Shown here piece after piece: positions 11,369 to 24,186 of a DNA stretch of 64,000 nucleotides; position 1 is the first letter of the stretch; each line of letters starts with the position of its first letter. Origin of the DNA: Fistulifera solaris (Eukaryota); the NCBI GenBank assembly GCA_030295235.1, contig AP026148.1, forward strand, positions 558,001 to 622,000. The letters run 5' to 3'. The notes under the pieces were generated by a model. That model worked only from the letters and a program-made list of their open reading frames with translations, was not told the DNA's origin and did not search any database. Both the position numbers and the translations under genes were made by a program.

Positions 11369-14122
11369 TCATTCAAATGCACCTTCACCATCACTGAAAC
11401 CATCATTGTCACTACTAAACTGACAATATCCGGGTGTGACAAGTTCGCGGAATTCGTGGGACTTGTACAGTTTGGGCCAATCCAACAACATCAGATGCAA
11501 ACGGACTAGATTCCATTCTTCTTGACCTTCGGCTTTGTTGGAAGTGGGCAACGATACAACACGACAGCGACCGCAACACAAAAGGCCGCTTTCCCCACAC
11601 GTACAAACAGTGAAACAAGCGTGGGACTATCCGCATCTTGCGTTGACAGCAATTTCTGGGCCATGGGCGTCGTTCCCGATCGCCATTGATTCTGTCGAAT
11701 AAACCACGTCAAAATTTGTCCATCTTCCAGCCATTCGTTGGGAAAACTGCGGGGTTGACCACGACCGGGTGTTTGTGGCATATTCACAAACAGAAAAAAG
11801 GCATTCTCCATTTCAATCAATCCGGAACGTTGCTGAAAATCGAGTTTTCCTCCCTCCGGTATAGGCAGGAACGGCATGACACAGCGATCTTTGGATTTGC
11901 CAACGTAAGCTCCCAGCAGCGAATCCATTCTCTTATGGAAGGTCGGTACATCGATCGAAATCATGTGTGATGGATATCGAACGATACCTTCTCGATCCGT
12001 GTAAGGCCGGTCACCTTCCATGTCCGATGGTCCCGATGGATAACGCGGCGGATCATCTCCTGTCGACCAGTCTATCATTATAGATTCGATTTGTGAGTCC
12101 TACGTCCACGCATCATTCATTATCATCACGTTTGCGACTTACGTTGATTCACCACAAAATGGTCACCAACCACTCGCTTAGCATTTAACTTTCGAATCAC
12201 TTGAGCGTCGGTATCACTATCCAGAAAGAGAAAACGCCACGACACGAGCGTATTGAGAAACAATCGATCGTCTTTCCACCGTCCCACTTGAGGGTGATGA
12301 AAAAATCCGCATGGACCGCTTTCAGAAGGAGTTCCGTGATCACGGGTGTCACCGCCGCATCCAACGACGCGTACTCGATTTGTTCCATCGTAAGAGGACG
12401 TGCGGACCAATTGGAGCACTGTTCCTCTTTCTGTAGAGCCTTGCCTAAGAATGTTTCGCACAACCGACTAAGCGATGACGTCGCGGTTCGTGCATTCCGT
12501 TGTTTGTTGATGTGCATCACTCGTTTCGCCAGCACCGACGATTCCAAGACCGAATGAATGGTCTGCAGTGCCGTTATGTGGGGATAACTCGCCGCGAGCT
12601 GACGCAAATCGTGTACGACTTGGAATCCCGTTTTAATGAGACGTTGTGAAGTCAAGAGATCTGCCAACACTTGCGCCACAGCCATTTCTAGAAAATTCAT
12701 GGGAGTACTCGTCATTTGCAAAGGCCGCAACAGGGCTTGCAAGTCAAGCAAATACACTTTTCGTAAGGGGTGCAACGAAATTTGCAAAAGCAACACCGGC
12801 TGTGGTTCCTGCCGTGATGTCGTGTAAAAACTCGGCAGCCATTCACAATCCAAACCCACCAGTCCTGTCGCAAAGCTATCGTCGGCCGTTTGTGTCGTCA
12901 ATTGCAACAACATTTGGGACAAATCGTTCGAAAAGTGTTGTACCGTTTCCATCGTATCGACCACCAAAATATGCTTCTTGTAGTATTCTTCGACACGCTG
13001 CCCCGGCTCCGGCTCGTAAAGATCCTGCAGTTGCAAGTAAAGGGTTTCGTCTTCGGGAACCGATGTAACAATGACGGGACGTGGTCGAATCCCCAACACG
13101 CTGGATGCTTGTTTGGACCACAGTGATTTGGTGATTATCCCTTCCGCCGGATCATCCAATGTACTCAATATTTGGTACGAGTACACGACCAAATCCAAAG
13201 TCTGATTCAAAACCCAATTCCGTAATGAATCGTGACTTTGGACGTTGGTGCGGGCTTCGATGAGCAATAATTGTCCCGGTTTGAGCCGTCGAATGACGTG
13301 CGCCCCTTCTTCCGTGTTCAAGTCCATGTGTCGCATCAATGTTTTCCCCGCGATAATTTGCACCGCCATGTCTTGACCCGTTCCGGGACATCTCCAGGGA
13401 TACAAAAGAGAATCATTCTCTATAGTCGGCGGCCCGAGATCCCCAAAGACGAGACACCGGGCCATTTTCCGAACACTGGTCAAACGTCCCACAATCGTCA
13501 CATCCACATTCTGCAACGGATTCTCCACATCCGGATGACGATTCAAAATTTGTTTCACGACATCTACATTCGGTGGTTCGACCGAAAAGAAGGGTTTATA
13601 GTGGGGTTTTTCAGGAGGTTCATCATTATTGAAAGCCGCAATCGGCGCCGTCCGAACATGGGGTTGTTGCAAAAGATATTCCAAGGGCAGAACACACGAG
13701 AGTTCCGGATGTCCTCCGCCACCATATAGTAAGTGATGGTCGAGGAGGGAAGCATCCATCACGGTCATTACCGGCCATGGCTGTAAACCCAGCAAGGGAG
13801 GCACCGTTCCGGGAGCGAAACCGCACAATGGACACAATCGATCCGCAGGACAGAGTTTCAAAACCAGACCGGTCACGTGTTGCAATTGTGTGACGTCCAC
13901 ACGGTGTGTCGCGGGTAAAATGGCTAAAACATACGTCCCGTCGTCGGCTTCAAAGACAATGGAATTGACATGAATGGCTTCCGACGGAATGTCGCGATCG
14001 TGAACCAACGCGGCGTTCGGTGTGGCTTCGACCAGACGCGACAATCGTACGAAGGAATCATTCTCGATGGCCGTAAAGGATGTATTGTTGTTGTAATGAG
14101 AGTCTCCGTTCAGTGAATTCAT
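11369..14122 (-). CDS. Multidomain protein: YbaK/aminoacyl-tRNA editing domain + OB-fold-like + DEDDy 3'-5' exonuclease + C-terminal DUF3427-like domain; intron ~12072-12142, frameshifts near 12305 and 11590
   Basis: YbaK-like GFAPGTVPPL and YGGGG; exonuclease VGLDCEW, HDLRQL, EQCSNWSARPLTMEQIEYASLDA; ORFs 12126-12461, 11506-12078 and 11369-11581 join via a GTAAGT...AG intron and frameshifts. Confidence 0.75.
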
Positions 14123-14550
14123 TTGAAGGAACTTTTTTTGTCTTCTCGTATTAGCAATGAGAAACGACTCGGTCAAAATGCGACACGAAAGAAAAAAGCC
14201 CGAGAAGAAGACTATACAACATTGCGGAAGACGATCATGCAGTCACCCCGTCGTCGAACAGTAAATTATCGAATCATATACAAAGAAAGAGAGAACAAAA
14301 CTGCCAAAAGGAATAGTCTTTGGTTGCGGCTCGAAGATAATAATGCATGCAATAAAGAAGAAAAAAGAACAGCCGGCGCGAATCTTGTCTTATAGCAAAA
14401 GCGAAAAATGCGCTGGAGGAGGGAGAACGCAAACACATTTTGTTCTGAGTTAGTTAGGTACCGCTTTTATATTATTAGGTATCGGCCATAAAAACCAACG
14501 GAAATGGGCAGCCTTGAGCTATAGGTCATTCACGGCATTTGAGACATGAA

Positions 14551-15986
14551 TTAACAACCAATTAATTTTTTATTATTCATTTGACATACCAGTACACTAC
14601 GCCGAATATTGCGGCACAACAGATAATACATGCGATCCGGCATGTAATGACAAGTCCTTAGTGCCATAACTAGCAAATGCGAACGGATTCTCAGGTCGCT
14701 CGCACATAGCATCGTCTCCATTTGAGTCGTAAAAACAGAAAAGACGGCATTCTTCCACTTTTCCAGGTGAGGCTGCTTTTCAATTTCGCCATAGTCTTTA
14801 AATTGAATGTCGATGGAAAAATTGTTCTGCAGCCACGTTCGAAAGGGTCTCCCTATTTCGGGTGGACGGGTCGTCGGAGGATAGAAGGAGATCTTCCGAA
14901 GATACGAATGTTGGGATGCCGCATTCAGAATCTTCATCGTCGGGAACTCCAACGGCGAAACGTTGCTATAGATGCCCAAGACTTCCAAGCTATGGTTGTT
15001 CCGTAGCACGGTCAGTAACGACTGTTCCAAGTCGCGGGCGATGCTTCTCATCGAGATTTGCTTCAGATGGAGTTCTCTCAAGTTACAGTACGGTGAAGCT
15101 ATCGCATTCAGCAATTGACCCATAAACTGACCGATGGTACGAGCTTCGTCACGGTCCCAATCGTAAAACCGGGAGATTTCCAGAGTTTCTGGACGGAAGG
15201 TTCCGTTCCGAAGAGCCTCCAGGACGGATGATCTCCCAGCTCTGTCAAACACAAAGAAGCGAACATCCACCACCAGGGCCCGAACGTTAGCTTTCGAAGT
15301 CAAAAGAGAGAGTTGTGGTGCGACTTCGGGTCCACAAAGATACAGTCGTTCAAAAACGGGATGCTTCGCACGGCTCAAAAATGCAATCAGTTTTGTGACA
15401 CAATTGCAATGTGGAAAATAGGTCGAAGGAAAGATTTCTTTCCCATTTTGACTTTCTAGCCAGTCCACGATAGCTTGGCCTTTGTCCTCAAAATGACACG
15501 CGTGCATGTCAATTTCAAACTTTCGATGAGACACCAACTCAACAGATTGTTCGGCGCTGATGGAAAGCCAGCAGAAACTGTACTTGCGCAGAGAATAGTT
15601 GCATATTATGTGTCGCAACTGCTCCGGTGTAAGAATCAAGGCGTCTTTCGTGAATGCTGAGTTTCCCTGGATTTCCAGCTGTTGAGGATCTGTATCGTGC
15701 AGACAAAGAACACGGAATGCTACGGAGCGTAACGACGCAATATCATCCACTTTACCCACAAACTGTAACTCCGTGGCAAAGTCCCCGTTGCGGCGGCAGC
15801 TTAAGCCGACCAGTTCTCCTTCGAATATTTTGGTTTTTGAAGGTGCAACATAAACACCCGTATCTTCGATGTAAAGACGCTCAACTTTGTTCGCTTCCGC
15901 CCAAAAGACGTCAAGACTTTCGACGTCGTCTAAACAACTCAGGCAAAGTGACCTTCCTCTCGGAGACGCTTAATTGAGTACTTCAT
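14551..15986 (-). CDS. Hypothetical LRR/RNI-like protein, tandem paralog 1 (frameshifted near 5' end)
   Basis: Starts MKYSIKRLREEG like its paralogs; LRELHLKQ and NHSLEVLGI segments; C-terminal MPDRMYYLL. Confidence 0.6.
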
Positions 15987-16406
15987 GGTGCTTTGTGTTG
16001 ATTGCGATGATTGAAGTGGGGAATGATTGGTAATGGTGCGTTTTCGCTTGCGTTTTTCGTGCATCTCGTTATACGTTCTTGGTGCATCTCATTTCTTTTG
16101 TCATTACGGGTGCGCGCGGCCGCATAGTCTATCGTTTACTGTACAAACAGAACGTGTCGCAACAGCACATAATACTACGGACTACGGACATTGATGATTA
16201 TTATTATTATTTATTCTTTCTCGTGGTGTGCTCTCTATAGACTCTAAACCTCAGCTCAAACAATAGACCTTTTTTAAAAAGTTATACGTAAGGCTAAGGC
16301 GAATAAATGGTAAAGGCACTGAGGCGTCGATTGCCTAAATGAACTAGCTATAGCTAACTCCGCTCGACATGCTTTCGTCTGGACGCTTTCAAGAGGCACA
16401 AACACC

Positions 16407-17818
16407 TCAGGTTCCTCTGGCGAATACATCTTGATTTCCGCATAACAGATAATACATGCGATCCGGCATTTGGTGACAGGTCGCCAATGCCATAACCAGT
16501 AAATAGGAGCGAGTTTTCTCGTCTTGAATTTGTTTCAGAGAGTTAAACTCTTTCGTAGCGATTGCAAAGACGGCTTTCAGCCACTTGGAAAGGTGCGCCT
16601 TCTTTGCCGACTCATTGAAATCCTTGAATTGAATATCGATTGAACGGTTTTTCTTCATCCATAATTGGAAAGGCTCGGCTAGTTTGGTTCCTGGCGGATC
16701 AATCGGCGGGTAGAAACAAATCGTTCGCAGACGCGGGTGTTTGGCTGCCGCACTGAGAATTGCCATTGGCGGAAACTGCAATTGACCCACGTCGCTATAA
16801 ATACCCAGCACTCGCAGGCTTTTGTTCTTCTGTAGCATGTCCAGCAAGTATCGTTCCAAGTCACTGGCGATTTCTATCATAGTAAATTGTTTCATATGTA
16901 GCTCCTTCAATGCGCATTCACGTGACGATAATGCAGTAAGCAGTTTACTCAAGAATCGACCGACTAGAGGAGTTTCGTCGTGATTAAAGTTGTAAAATTG
17001 GGAGAGTTCGAGACTTTGTGGACGGAATGTTCCATCCCGGAGAGCTTCGATAAGCGGTGCTCTCCAACTTCCATCACATAAGAAGGAACGGACATCGGAA
17101 ACTAAAGCATGGGCATTTGCTGACGCAACCAAAGTAGAAAGTTTGGGGGTACTTCGGTTCCACTAAGATAGAGCCTTTTCAAAACGGGATGCATAGCACG
17201 GCTCAAAAACACGAGAAACTTCGCCATACAATCGCAACCAGGAAAATAGGCTGAATGCATAACTTCTCTCCCATTCCTCGTCTCTAGCCAGTCAACAATC
17301 GCTTGACCTTTGTCTTCAAACTAACAATCAAATACATCAATTTCGAATTTTCGATGGGATACAATCTCAATCGATTGTTCGGCAATGATAGACAGATTAC
17401 CGAAGCTGTATTTGCGCGATGGAAAAGTGCAAATGAGATTCCGCAATTGTGTGGGTGTAAAGATTAAGGGGCGCTTCTTCATTATGAAAAACTTTCCTTC
17501 GATCTGCAACTTTTGGGAACTTGGATCCGGAAGACAAAGGACACGGTATGTCACCGAGCGCAATGTCACAGTATCATCATGTATACCGACGAACGATAAG
17601 CCTGTTGAGTGATCCTCGTTACGGCAACATTTTAAGCCAACAAAATCTCCTACTGGTATGTTTATTCCGAGCGGTGCAACGTACACATTCGTATCTTCAA
17701 TGTAAAGCCGCGCAACCTTTTTGACTTCCGCCCAAAAGACGTCAACACTTTCGACGGCATCCAAATTACCCAAGCGGAAGTGCCCTTCCTCACGAAGGCG
17801 CTTAATCGAATAGGTCAT
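16407..17818 (-). pseudogene. Hypothetical LRR/RNI-like protein, tandem paralog 2, in-frame TAG at 17321-17323 plus a frameshift
   Basis: MTYSIKRLREEGHF start; reads VFDC*FEDKGQAIV where paralogs have ACHFEDK / MCQFDDK. Confidence 0.6.
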
Positions 17819-18122
17819 TTTGCCGATGAAGACTAGCGAGAAGATTAAGCACGGATCATCAAACGAGCAGTGACAACGAGCACATCTCGTTCGGATGACA
17901 TATTTTTTCTCGTTTCGTTTCGTTACAAAATAAAGCGCGACGATTATGAAGCGGGATCCGGAACCTGTTTTGTGCAAAAATAAACTGATCGCTACGGTAC
18001 TCAACATTGTATGAAAGACCTAAGGTCGTTATTAGCTCTCTTTAAAGTGAAGTCGAGATTATAAACAATTAAACCGGGAACCTCAAAGTAAATATTAAGA
18101 TCTCACGGTCCAAGAAAGTTGA

Positions 18123-19595
18123 TCAGATCGATCTAAAGAGAGGGCAACCATATCCTGCGTAAACATCCTGATTTGCGGTCAATAGATAGTAAACCCGATC
18201 CGGCATCTTGCAAAAAGTAGCTAGTGTCGTTACAAGCAAATGCGAACGAATCCTTTCGTCTTCCACTAATTTCAGCGCATCAAACTCCCGCGAAAACACA
18301 GAAAAGACGGCTTTCTGCCACTTCGAGAGATGGGGTATCTTCTCCTCATGACCGAAATCTTTGAACTTTACGCTGTGCAAGCGATTTTTCTTAGCCCATA
18401 CCTGGAACTGCTCCTCTTTTGTTGGATCTGGTGGGTCGTAAGATGTGGGAGGATAAGAACAAATCTTCCGCAAACGCGGATGCTTTGTTGCAGCATTCAT
18501 TATTCTCATTTACGGAAATTCCAGAGGAGCAACAGTGCTAAACACACCGAATACACGGAGACTCTTATTTCGCCGTAGCATATAGAGCAAGTAGTTATTC
18601 AACCCACGTGATATTTCCGCGAATTCAAAATGTTTCAGATGAAGCTCTTTCAACGAGCACTCGGGAGACGATATTGCATCGAGTAACTGGAATAAAACCT
18701 GCCGAATAATGGAACGTCACTCTCCCCGCATTCAAAAAAGCCCTCGGACACACAACTGATTTCAAGGCTTCGTGGACGAAACGTTCCGTCACGAAGAGAT
18801 TGAAGTAGCGGTGCTCTCCATCCCTCGTTACAAAGAAAGAACTTGATATCCACCATCAGAGTATTGACGCTAGCTGCCGCAATTAAATGAGATAGTGGAG
18901 CCTTCGACCCGACATCGCTTCCCGTAAAATAAAGCTAATCGAACACTGGATACAAAGATCGACTCAAAACCTTGAGAAGCTTTTTGACGCAATCGCATTC
19001 GGGGAAATAGCAAGAATACATGGTTTTCGTCTCATTCTTATCTTTCAGCCAATCAACGATCGCTTGGCCTTTGTCATCGAACTGACACATGTGTACTTCA
19101 AACTCAAACTTTCGATGCGATACAATTTCCACGGATTGTGCTTCGGTGAGAAACAAGCGACGGAAAGTGTACTGTCGCGATGGATGCGTGCATATAATAT
19201 GCCGCAATTGCTCTACCGTTAAAATTAACCGATCGTATTTGTCTCCGGGTTTGCTTGACAAGAATTTGCTTCCTTCGATCTCCAACGTTTGAGGACTTGC
19301 ATCTGGAAGACACAAAACACGGAATGCCACCGAGCGCCATGAAAACAATATCAACATTTTTACCAACGAAGATCAAGCACGTTGGACGATTACTCTCACG
19401 ACGATATTTCAAGCCGACAAACTCGCCTTCGAATGTCTTGGTGTTTCTCGGAGCAACATAAACACCCGTATCCTCGATATAAAGACGCTCAACCTTTCTA
19501 GCCTTCCTCCAGAAGACGTCAATACTTTCGACGTCATCCAAATTACTCAAGCAAAAGTGCCCTTCCTCTCGAAGGCGTTTGATCGTATAAGTCAT
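18123..19595 (-). pseudogene. Hypothetical LRR/RNI-like protein, tandem paralog 3, in-frame TAG at 18935-18937 plus frameshifts
   Basis: MTYTIKRLREEGHF start; reads VFD*LYFTG where paralog 1 has VFERLYLCG; ends MPDRVYYLL. Confidence 0.6.
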
Positions 19596-19980
19596 GCTAT
19601 GTCAAGAAGGAGGAGAACAGGATTGAATCATTGCATTTTATAGACTAGTATGCGATGCTTGTTGTGTCATCTCTGATATCTTCGCGAAATAAAATCGAGC
19701 AATGACAATACTAAAAGGAAATATCTTAAGGTTAACGTTCAATTTTCTACATGCACCGCCCGTCGACCTTTTTGTATTTTTATACTACTCCGTACTTTTT
19801 ATACTCCGTATAAAATTGCCCGCCAAAACCTAAAAGATTATCGTCGAAACCGATAGAAAAGCAGAAAGGCAGTGCATAAAAGGGGGCCTTTATTAGCTTT
19901 CCCTTTACAATGTGCTAGTTTAATGAGTGCTTGGCGACGATGCGTCGAACTCGCCAGAGTCACGGAGCCAGCTAGCTAGC

Positions 19981-21093
19981 CTAGGTGGATTTCGGTCCTA
20001 CCCGAGATATTTCCGTGTCCCGTACTACGACCTTTAACAACGGTGGACCCGATGTTTGGCCCGGTATTACACCTCGGATGCCCCTTTTGGTGGGCAAAGT
20101 CGCGAGTCGTTCCAGAAAGGCCATAGACGAAGCATCCAAAACTTGTCCAATCACACGACGGTTCTTATCCAGCGACGGCACAGGCCCCGCAGTAATTAAA
20201 AATGTACTTTCATACGCTTCATCCACTTGCTCGAAACCGGTTCCACCGTGTCCCAAACCTTTGCGCGGGACCGACACGAGACCTGCAACGTTGTGTGGGC
20301 GTATGGTTTCGGCGTCGTTTACCACCATCGTCGGGTCTGCTCGATTTTGCGGCACAAAGTTGTCAATGCGTGAGAGGTTGCGGGATCGTCCATATGCCAC
20401 CGATTGACTTGGGACACCGAAACTAACGGTAGTGCCCGGCACAATAGAATCGATGACACCTCCACGTTTCAACGAAACGGGCGCGGTGACACTGCCGATG
20501 GGTTCGTTACTGGAGGGAACAGAAAAACCTTCACTGGACAAAAACTCCAACAATTGCTGTACACTGGTCGGTGCATCATTTCCGTACAATCCCAATCGCA
20601 AAATTCCTACTTCCCCACGACCAATTTCAATTTGCAGGGCGGCCACATAAGTAATGTCGGAAGCTGGCGTCGGCACCGGTTGTCCTCGCAGCGGTTCGTC
20701 CCGTAATTTTCCGTCCGTACCACACAAAGGATCCGACGGATCGCATCGGTCTTTGCCGCCCCAATTCCATCCAACCGCACCGTCCCATTCGCCCACTTCC
20801 AAACAATTTCCAGCCTTGCGACAGGTGGATTCACTGCTGCCGACGGCTTGCACGACAGCGGCGTTAGCCAATTGCGATGGTACAAGGACGGAGACGACTG
20901 TTGAAGTGATTAGTTGTTGCATTGCCTGTCGGCGAGACGTGATTTCATTCATTTTAGTATCATCGTCTTGTGCATGCCGACGAGTCTGAAACAGAAAATG
21001 TCGAGTGAGCAATCGAGCCGATTGGTTTATCCATGCGTGACACGATGTTATTGAAGAGAAAAGAACAAGAGCAACTTTAACAAATCTTCTCAT
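19981..21093 (-). CDS. Cyclophilin-type peptidyl-prolyl isomerase-like protein, probably plastid thylakoid lumen
   Basis: GILRLGLYGNDAP, HNVAGLVS and FLIT...PSLD...VIGQVL cyclophilin-like segments; signal peptide (SCHA-W), transit region and SRR twin-arginine motif with hydrophobic stretch. Confidence 0.75.
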   Translation of the reverse strand: MRRFVKVALVLFSSITSCHAWINQSARLLTRHFLFQTRRHAQDDDTKMNEITSRRQAMQQLITSTVVSVLVPSQLANAAVVQAVGSSESTCRKAGNCLEVGEWDGAVGWNWGGKDRCDPSDPLCGTDGKLRDEPLRGQPVPTPASDITYVAALQIEIGRGEVGILRLGLYGNDAPTSVQQLLEFLSSEGFSVPSSNEPIGSVTAPVSLKRGGVIDSIVPGTTVSFGVPSQSVAYGRSRNLSRIDNFVPQNRADPTMVVNDAETIRPHNVAGLVSVPRKGLGHGGTGFEQVDEAYESTFLITAGPVPSLDKNRRVIGQVLDASSMAFLERLATLPTKRGIRGVIPGQTSGPPLLKVVVRDTEISRVGPKST

Positions 21094-21416
21094 TTTCGGG
21101 ATATATCAGTGGTCAAGCTAGTTTATTTTGTCGATTTTAGAATGATTTTGACAACAAGCGTTATCATATTACTTTGTATTGTTGCTCATGGAGTTGAGGT
21201 TTTGCCGATCTTGCACATGAGTGAAGTTTTGTACCAGGTTTTACGCATACTACAGTATGTACGTACAGGACAAAAGCTGACAGTACCGTTGCGAGACATT
21301 TCCAGCACTCCTTAGTCCCTGTCCGCTGTCCGCAGTCCGCAGCAGCATTTGTTTTCTCGCACAAAAACACCCCATTTTACCGAAATCTTTATTGATTCAT
21401 CAATTCTGAACTAAAC

Positions 21417-22183
21417 ATGAAAGTTTCTTGCCGTTTTAACTACCTTCGACGTAACAAAAGTCATCAGAAGACAATGGAAAAGCGTCGACAAACGATTCGT
21501 CCTTTCCGCAAGCTGTTGGCTGCATTCCGTTCTCGCCACGACGCCGAAGATGATGTCGTAGCGTTTGACCGTGAAGCTGCTGCTCCGGAAAGTGTCCCTC
21601 GCAATCCTTATCGTATCATTGTCTGGGATATTGATAATTCTCGTCCTTGTGGTGAGGAGCTGCTGTCCGAAGCACCGGAATATGACTATCTGGCAGCGGA
21701 AGGTTGCCCTGGCGTTGCTGCGGTCCCCGGTCGACAAGCGTTGTGTTTCGCTTGTGATTATGACGCCGCTCTTGACGACTTTTTCAGTCCTCCCACTCGT
21801 CGTGTCACTTTCGCACAGCATGTGACTGTTGTACCCATTCAAAGCCATCAGTCGTTGACGGAAGACGAGAAGCGTTTTTGTATGGCGTCAAGAGTACCAA
21901 GAAGGAGAAGAGCCTAAAGGAGCAGCAGTATGAAGACAGCAAGCACTGCATTGAAAATGCACTAGAGGAAGAGATGTTCTATCCAAATCACGAGGGCAAG
22001 TTGGTCCATCCAGCCCATTTTCGTTCGTTTGTGCGTGAAATCCTTCCAACCCTTCCTCGCGACATGAAGGTACCTGGTTTCTTGTCCTTTGAAGAATATT
22101 ACGGCGTCCTGGAATTTTATGCGCGTAAATACAATACATCCATTGCCGAAGAACTGATCCAAGATGATCCTGTTGAAGTGTGA
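21417..22183 (+). CDS. Cassette gene A, inverted copy, 1-bp frameshift near 21875
   Basis: ORFs 21417-21917 and 21878-22183 together give full A; cgtttttgtat here versus cgttccttgtat in other copies. Confidence 0.75.
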
Positions 22184-22694
22184 CGAGCTGGAGTCGTTGT
22201 GTTTGCTCTCTGCGTTGTGTTTTGTAATCAATCGTTATCGTCGTAGTTATTTGCGTTGTCGTTTTCATTGCGATCCATTTAAGACATTGGATTTCATCCA
22301 CATCATATCAAGTAATTAGAAATTGTTTTGAAAATATTAGTCTATAGTATATTCATTGCGTTTACTCTATAGGATTGGTCAAGTGGCATTCCGATGAACG
22401 GACTGTTCATTCCACTACAAACTACCTTAGAACCTGGAAACCATTCATTCGCACTCAGAAGCTGCTGACAATGCAAATGTCGATATCAAGAGTGACATTC
22501 TTAATGGAACGTTAACAGGTACCATCAACTAGTCTAGACCTAGTCTAGCTAGGGAGTGCATTTGCGGTGCGGCGTGCGTCGTTTTTTTTCTTCCTTTTAA
22601 CTAACTGACTCTGCAAGACAGTGTACATGATATATCGGAGCGCTACCCAACAAATGACATGCATCCCACTACAATATTTTAGTGGTACACGTAT

Positions 22695-22798
22695 ACGTCC
22701 GTCCATCCGCCCGTCAGTCCGCAGCAGCGCAGCAGCAAAGCGCACAAAAACAACCCCAATTACCAAAATCCTTGTTGTTTCATCTATTTTGAATCAAA
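22695..22798 (+). promoter_or_regulatory. Shared upstream element of cassette genes (representative copy)
   Basis: gtccgcagca...cgcacaaaa(a)ca(a)cccc..ttacc.aaat...ttcatc.att.tgaa..aaa(c)ATG precedes A (21330-21416), C (here) and B (24090-24186), and their minus-strand copies. Confidence 0.7.
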
Positions 22799-23578
22799 AT
22801 GCGACTTTCTACCAAACGAGACTATCTTTCATGCTCCCAGAGCGACTTGGTGACAAGTGATTGCAAGCGGCAGCGCACGGAAGGCCCTGTTCAGTCGTTG
22901 TTCGCTTCTCTTCGATCACCTGTCGACTTTCGAGACGACAATGATGATGATGTCCCCTTCCTCTCCGATTCCGTTCCTTGTGAATCGATTCCTGATAACG
23001 AGATGTCGTTCATTCTTTCGTTTGCGGAATCGCGTGAAGAGATGCAGTCGTGGATTTGCGAGAACGAGAACGCCGCGTGGGCACAGAGCACTGTTCAGGC
23101 GCTGCTTTCGTTGAATGTCACTTCGTCTCGTGGCTCTTCAAGCAGTTCTTTTCTTGAAAATCATCGTGCGTCTCGCCGTGTACAATTTGTGCCTGGTTTC
23201 TACACTGTCAAGGAGATTCCCCATCATAATTCGTTGACGGCCGAGGAAAAGCGTTCGTTGTATCGCGACAAGCGTGCGTTGCAGGCAGAGAAGGATGAGA
23301 TCTGCCTGGAGATCAGGTTTGAGCGTCGTTTACGTCTTTGCGGCGCCGCTGATGCGCTGGAAGAAGGGTGTTTCTTCCGCAACCATCTTGGAGAGTTGGT
23401 CCATCCAGCACACTGGCTCGTGTATGTGAATGAAATTCTTCCAAGTCTTCCCCTCGATACTCCCGTCGTTGGCTTTTCCTCACTGAACGAGTACAAACAA
23501 AGTGATGAGTTGTCCAAGTATGAGCAATACTTTGACAACGCCATGCGGAAAAGAGTCTTCCATCCCTCGATCCCTTGA
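22799..23578 (+). CDS. Cassette gene C, inverted copy
   Basis: Intact 259-aa ORF. Confidence 0.85.
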   Translation: MRLSTKRDYLSCSQSDLVTSDCKRQRTEGPVQSLFASLRSPVDFRDDNDDDVPFLSDSVPCESIPDNEMSFILSFAESREEMQSWICENENAAWAQSTVQALLSLNVTSSRGSSSSSFLENHRASRRVQFVPGFYTVKEIPHHNSLTAEEKRSLYRDKRALQAEKDEICLEIRFERRLRLCGAADALEEGCFFRNHLGELVHPAHWLVYVNEILPSLPLDTPVVGFSSLNEYKQSDELSKYEQYFDNAMRKRVFHPSIP

Positions 23579-24186
23579 TTCGTGGCGTTTTCTCGACTGC
23601 GTATTTTGTCTCGTTTTCCCTGTATTGTGCTCCCCGTAGTGGCGATTTGAAACGATTCAACCGCTCTTGTTATATGTCAAGTGTTAAGTAGTGATTATTG
23701 TAGATGATTCTTTAAAAAAATACTCCGTATTCAGTTTTATAGCTATGAACTGCCTCCCCTTGGTTTTCTTGGTAACGTCGTCTTTGTTGTTGTGTATCGT
23801 ACCGTATTGTATCGTATTGTATCGTCGTCTTTTGTTGCAGCTTGCAGCGTAAGGTGACTTTTCACACAATACGCGTTGTGCTTTCAAATCACTTCGTAAT
23901 TATCAGAGATCTTTCGAAAGAAATCAAGCTCTTCAAAGCTTTATTCCGTTTACTCTCGTCGAAACTCGTCCTCGCTCCTCGCTCTCGTTTCTTCATGAGT
24001 AAACGTTAGTCCACCAGCTCTACGTGAGAGCTACTTACACGATTTTGTACCAGGGCAGTCGTAGAAAATTAGTCGGTCCGTCAGCCGTCGATCAGTCCGC
24101 AGCAAGCCTTTTACTGTATTCACTCTAGCGCACAAAACAACCCCGTTTTACCAAATTCCTCATTGTTTCATCTATTTTGAATCAAA

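Noticed and set aside
17321..18937. TAG reassignment or readthrough suggested by two in-frame TAGs
   Set aside because: TAG terminates ordinary genes in this window (e.g. BRAP at 34092, cyclophilin at 19981) and both affected genes have other lesions
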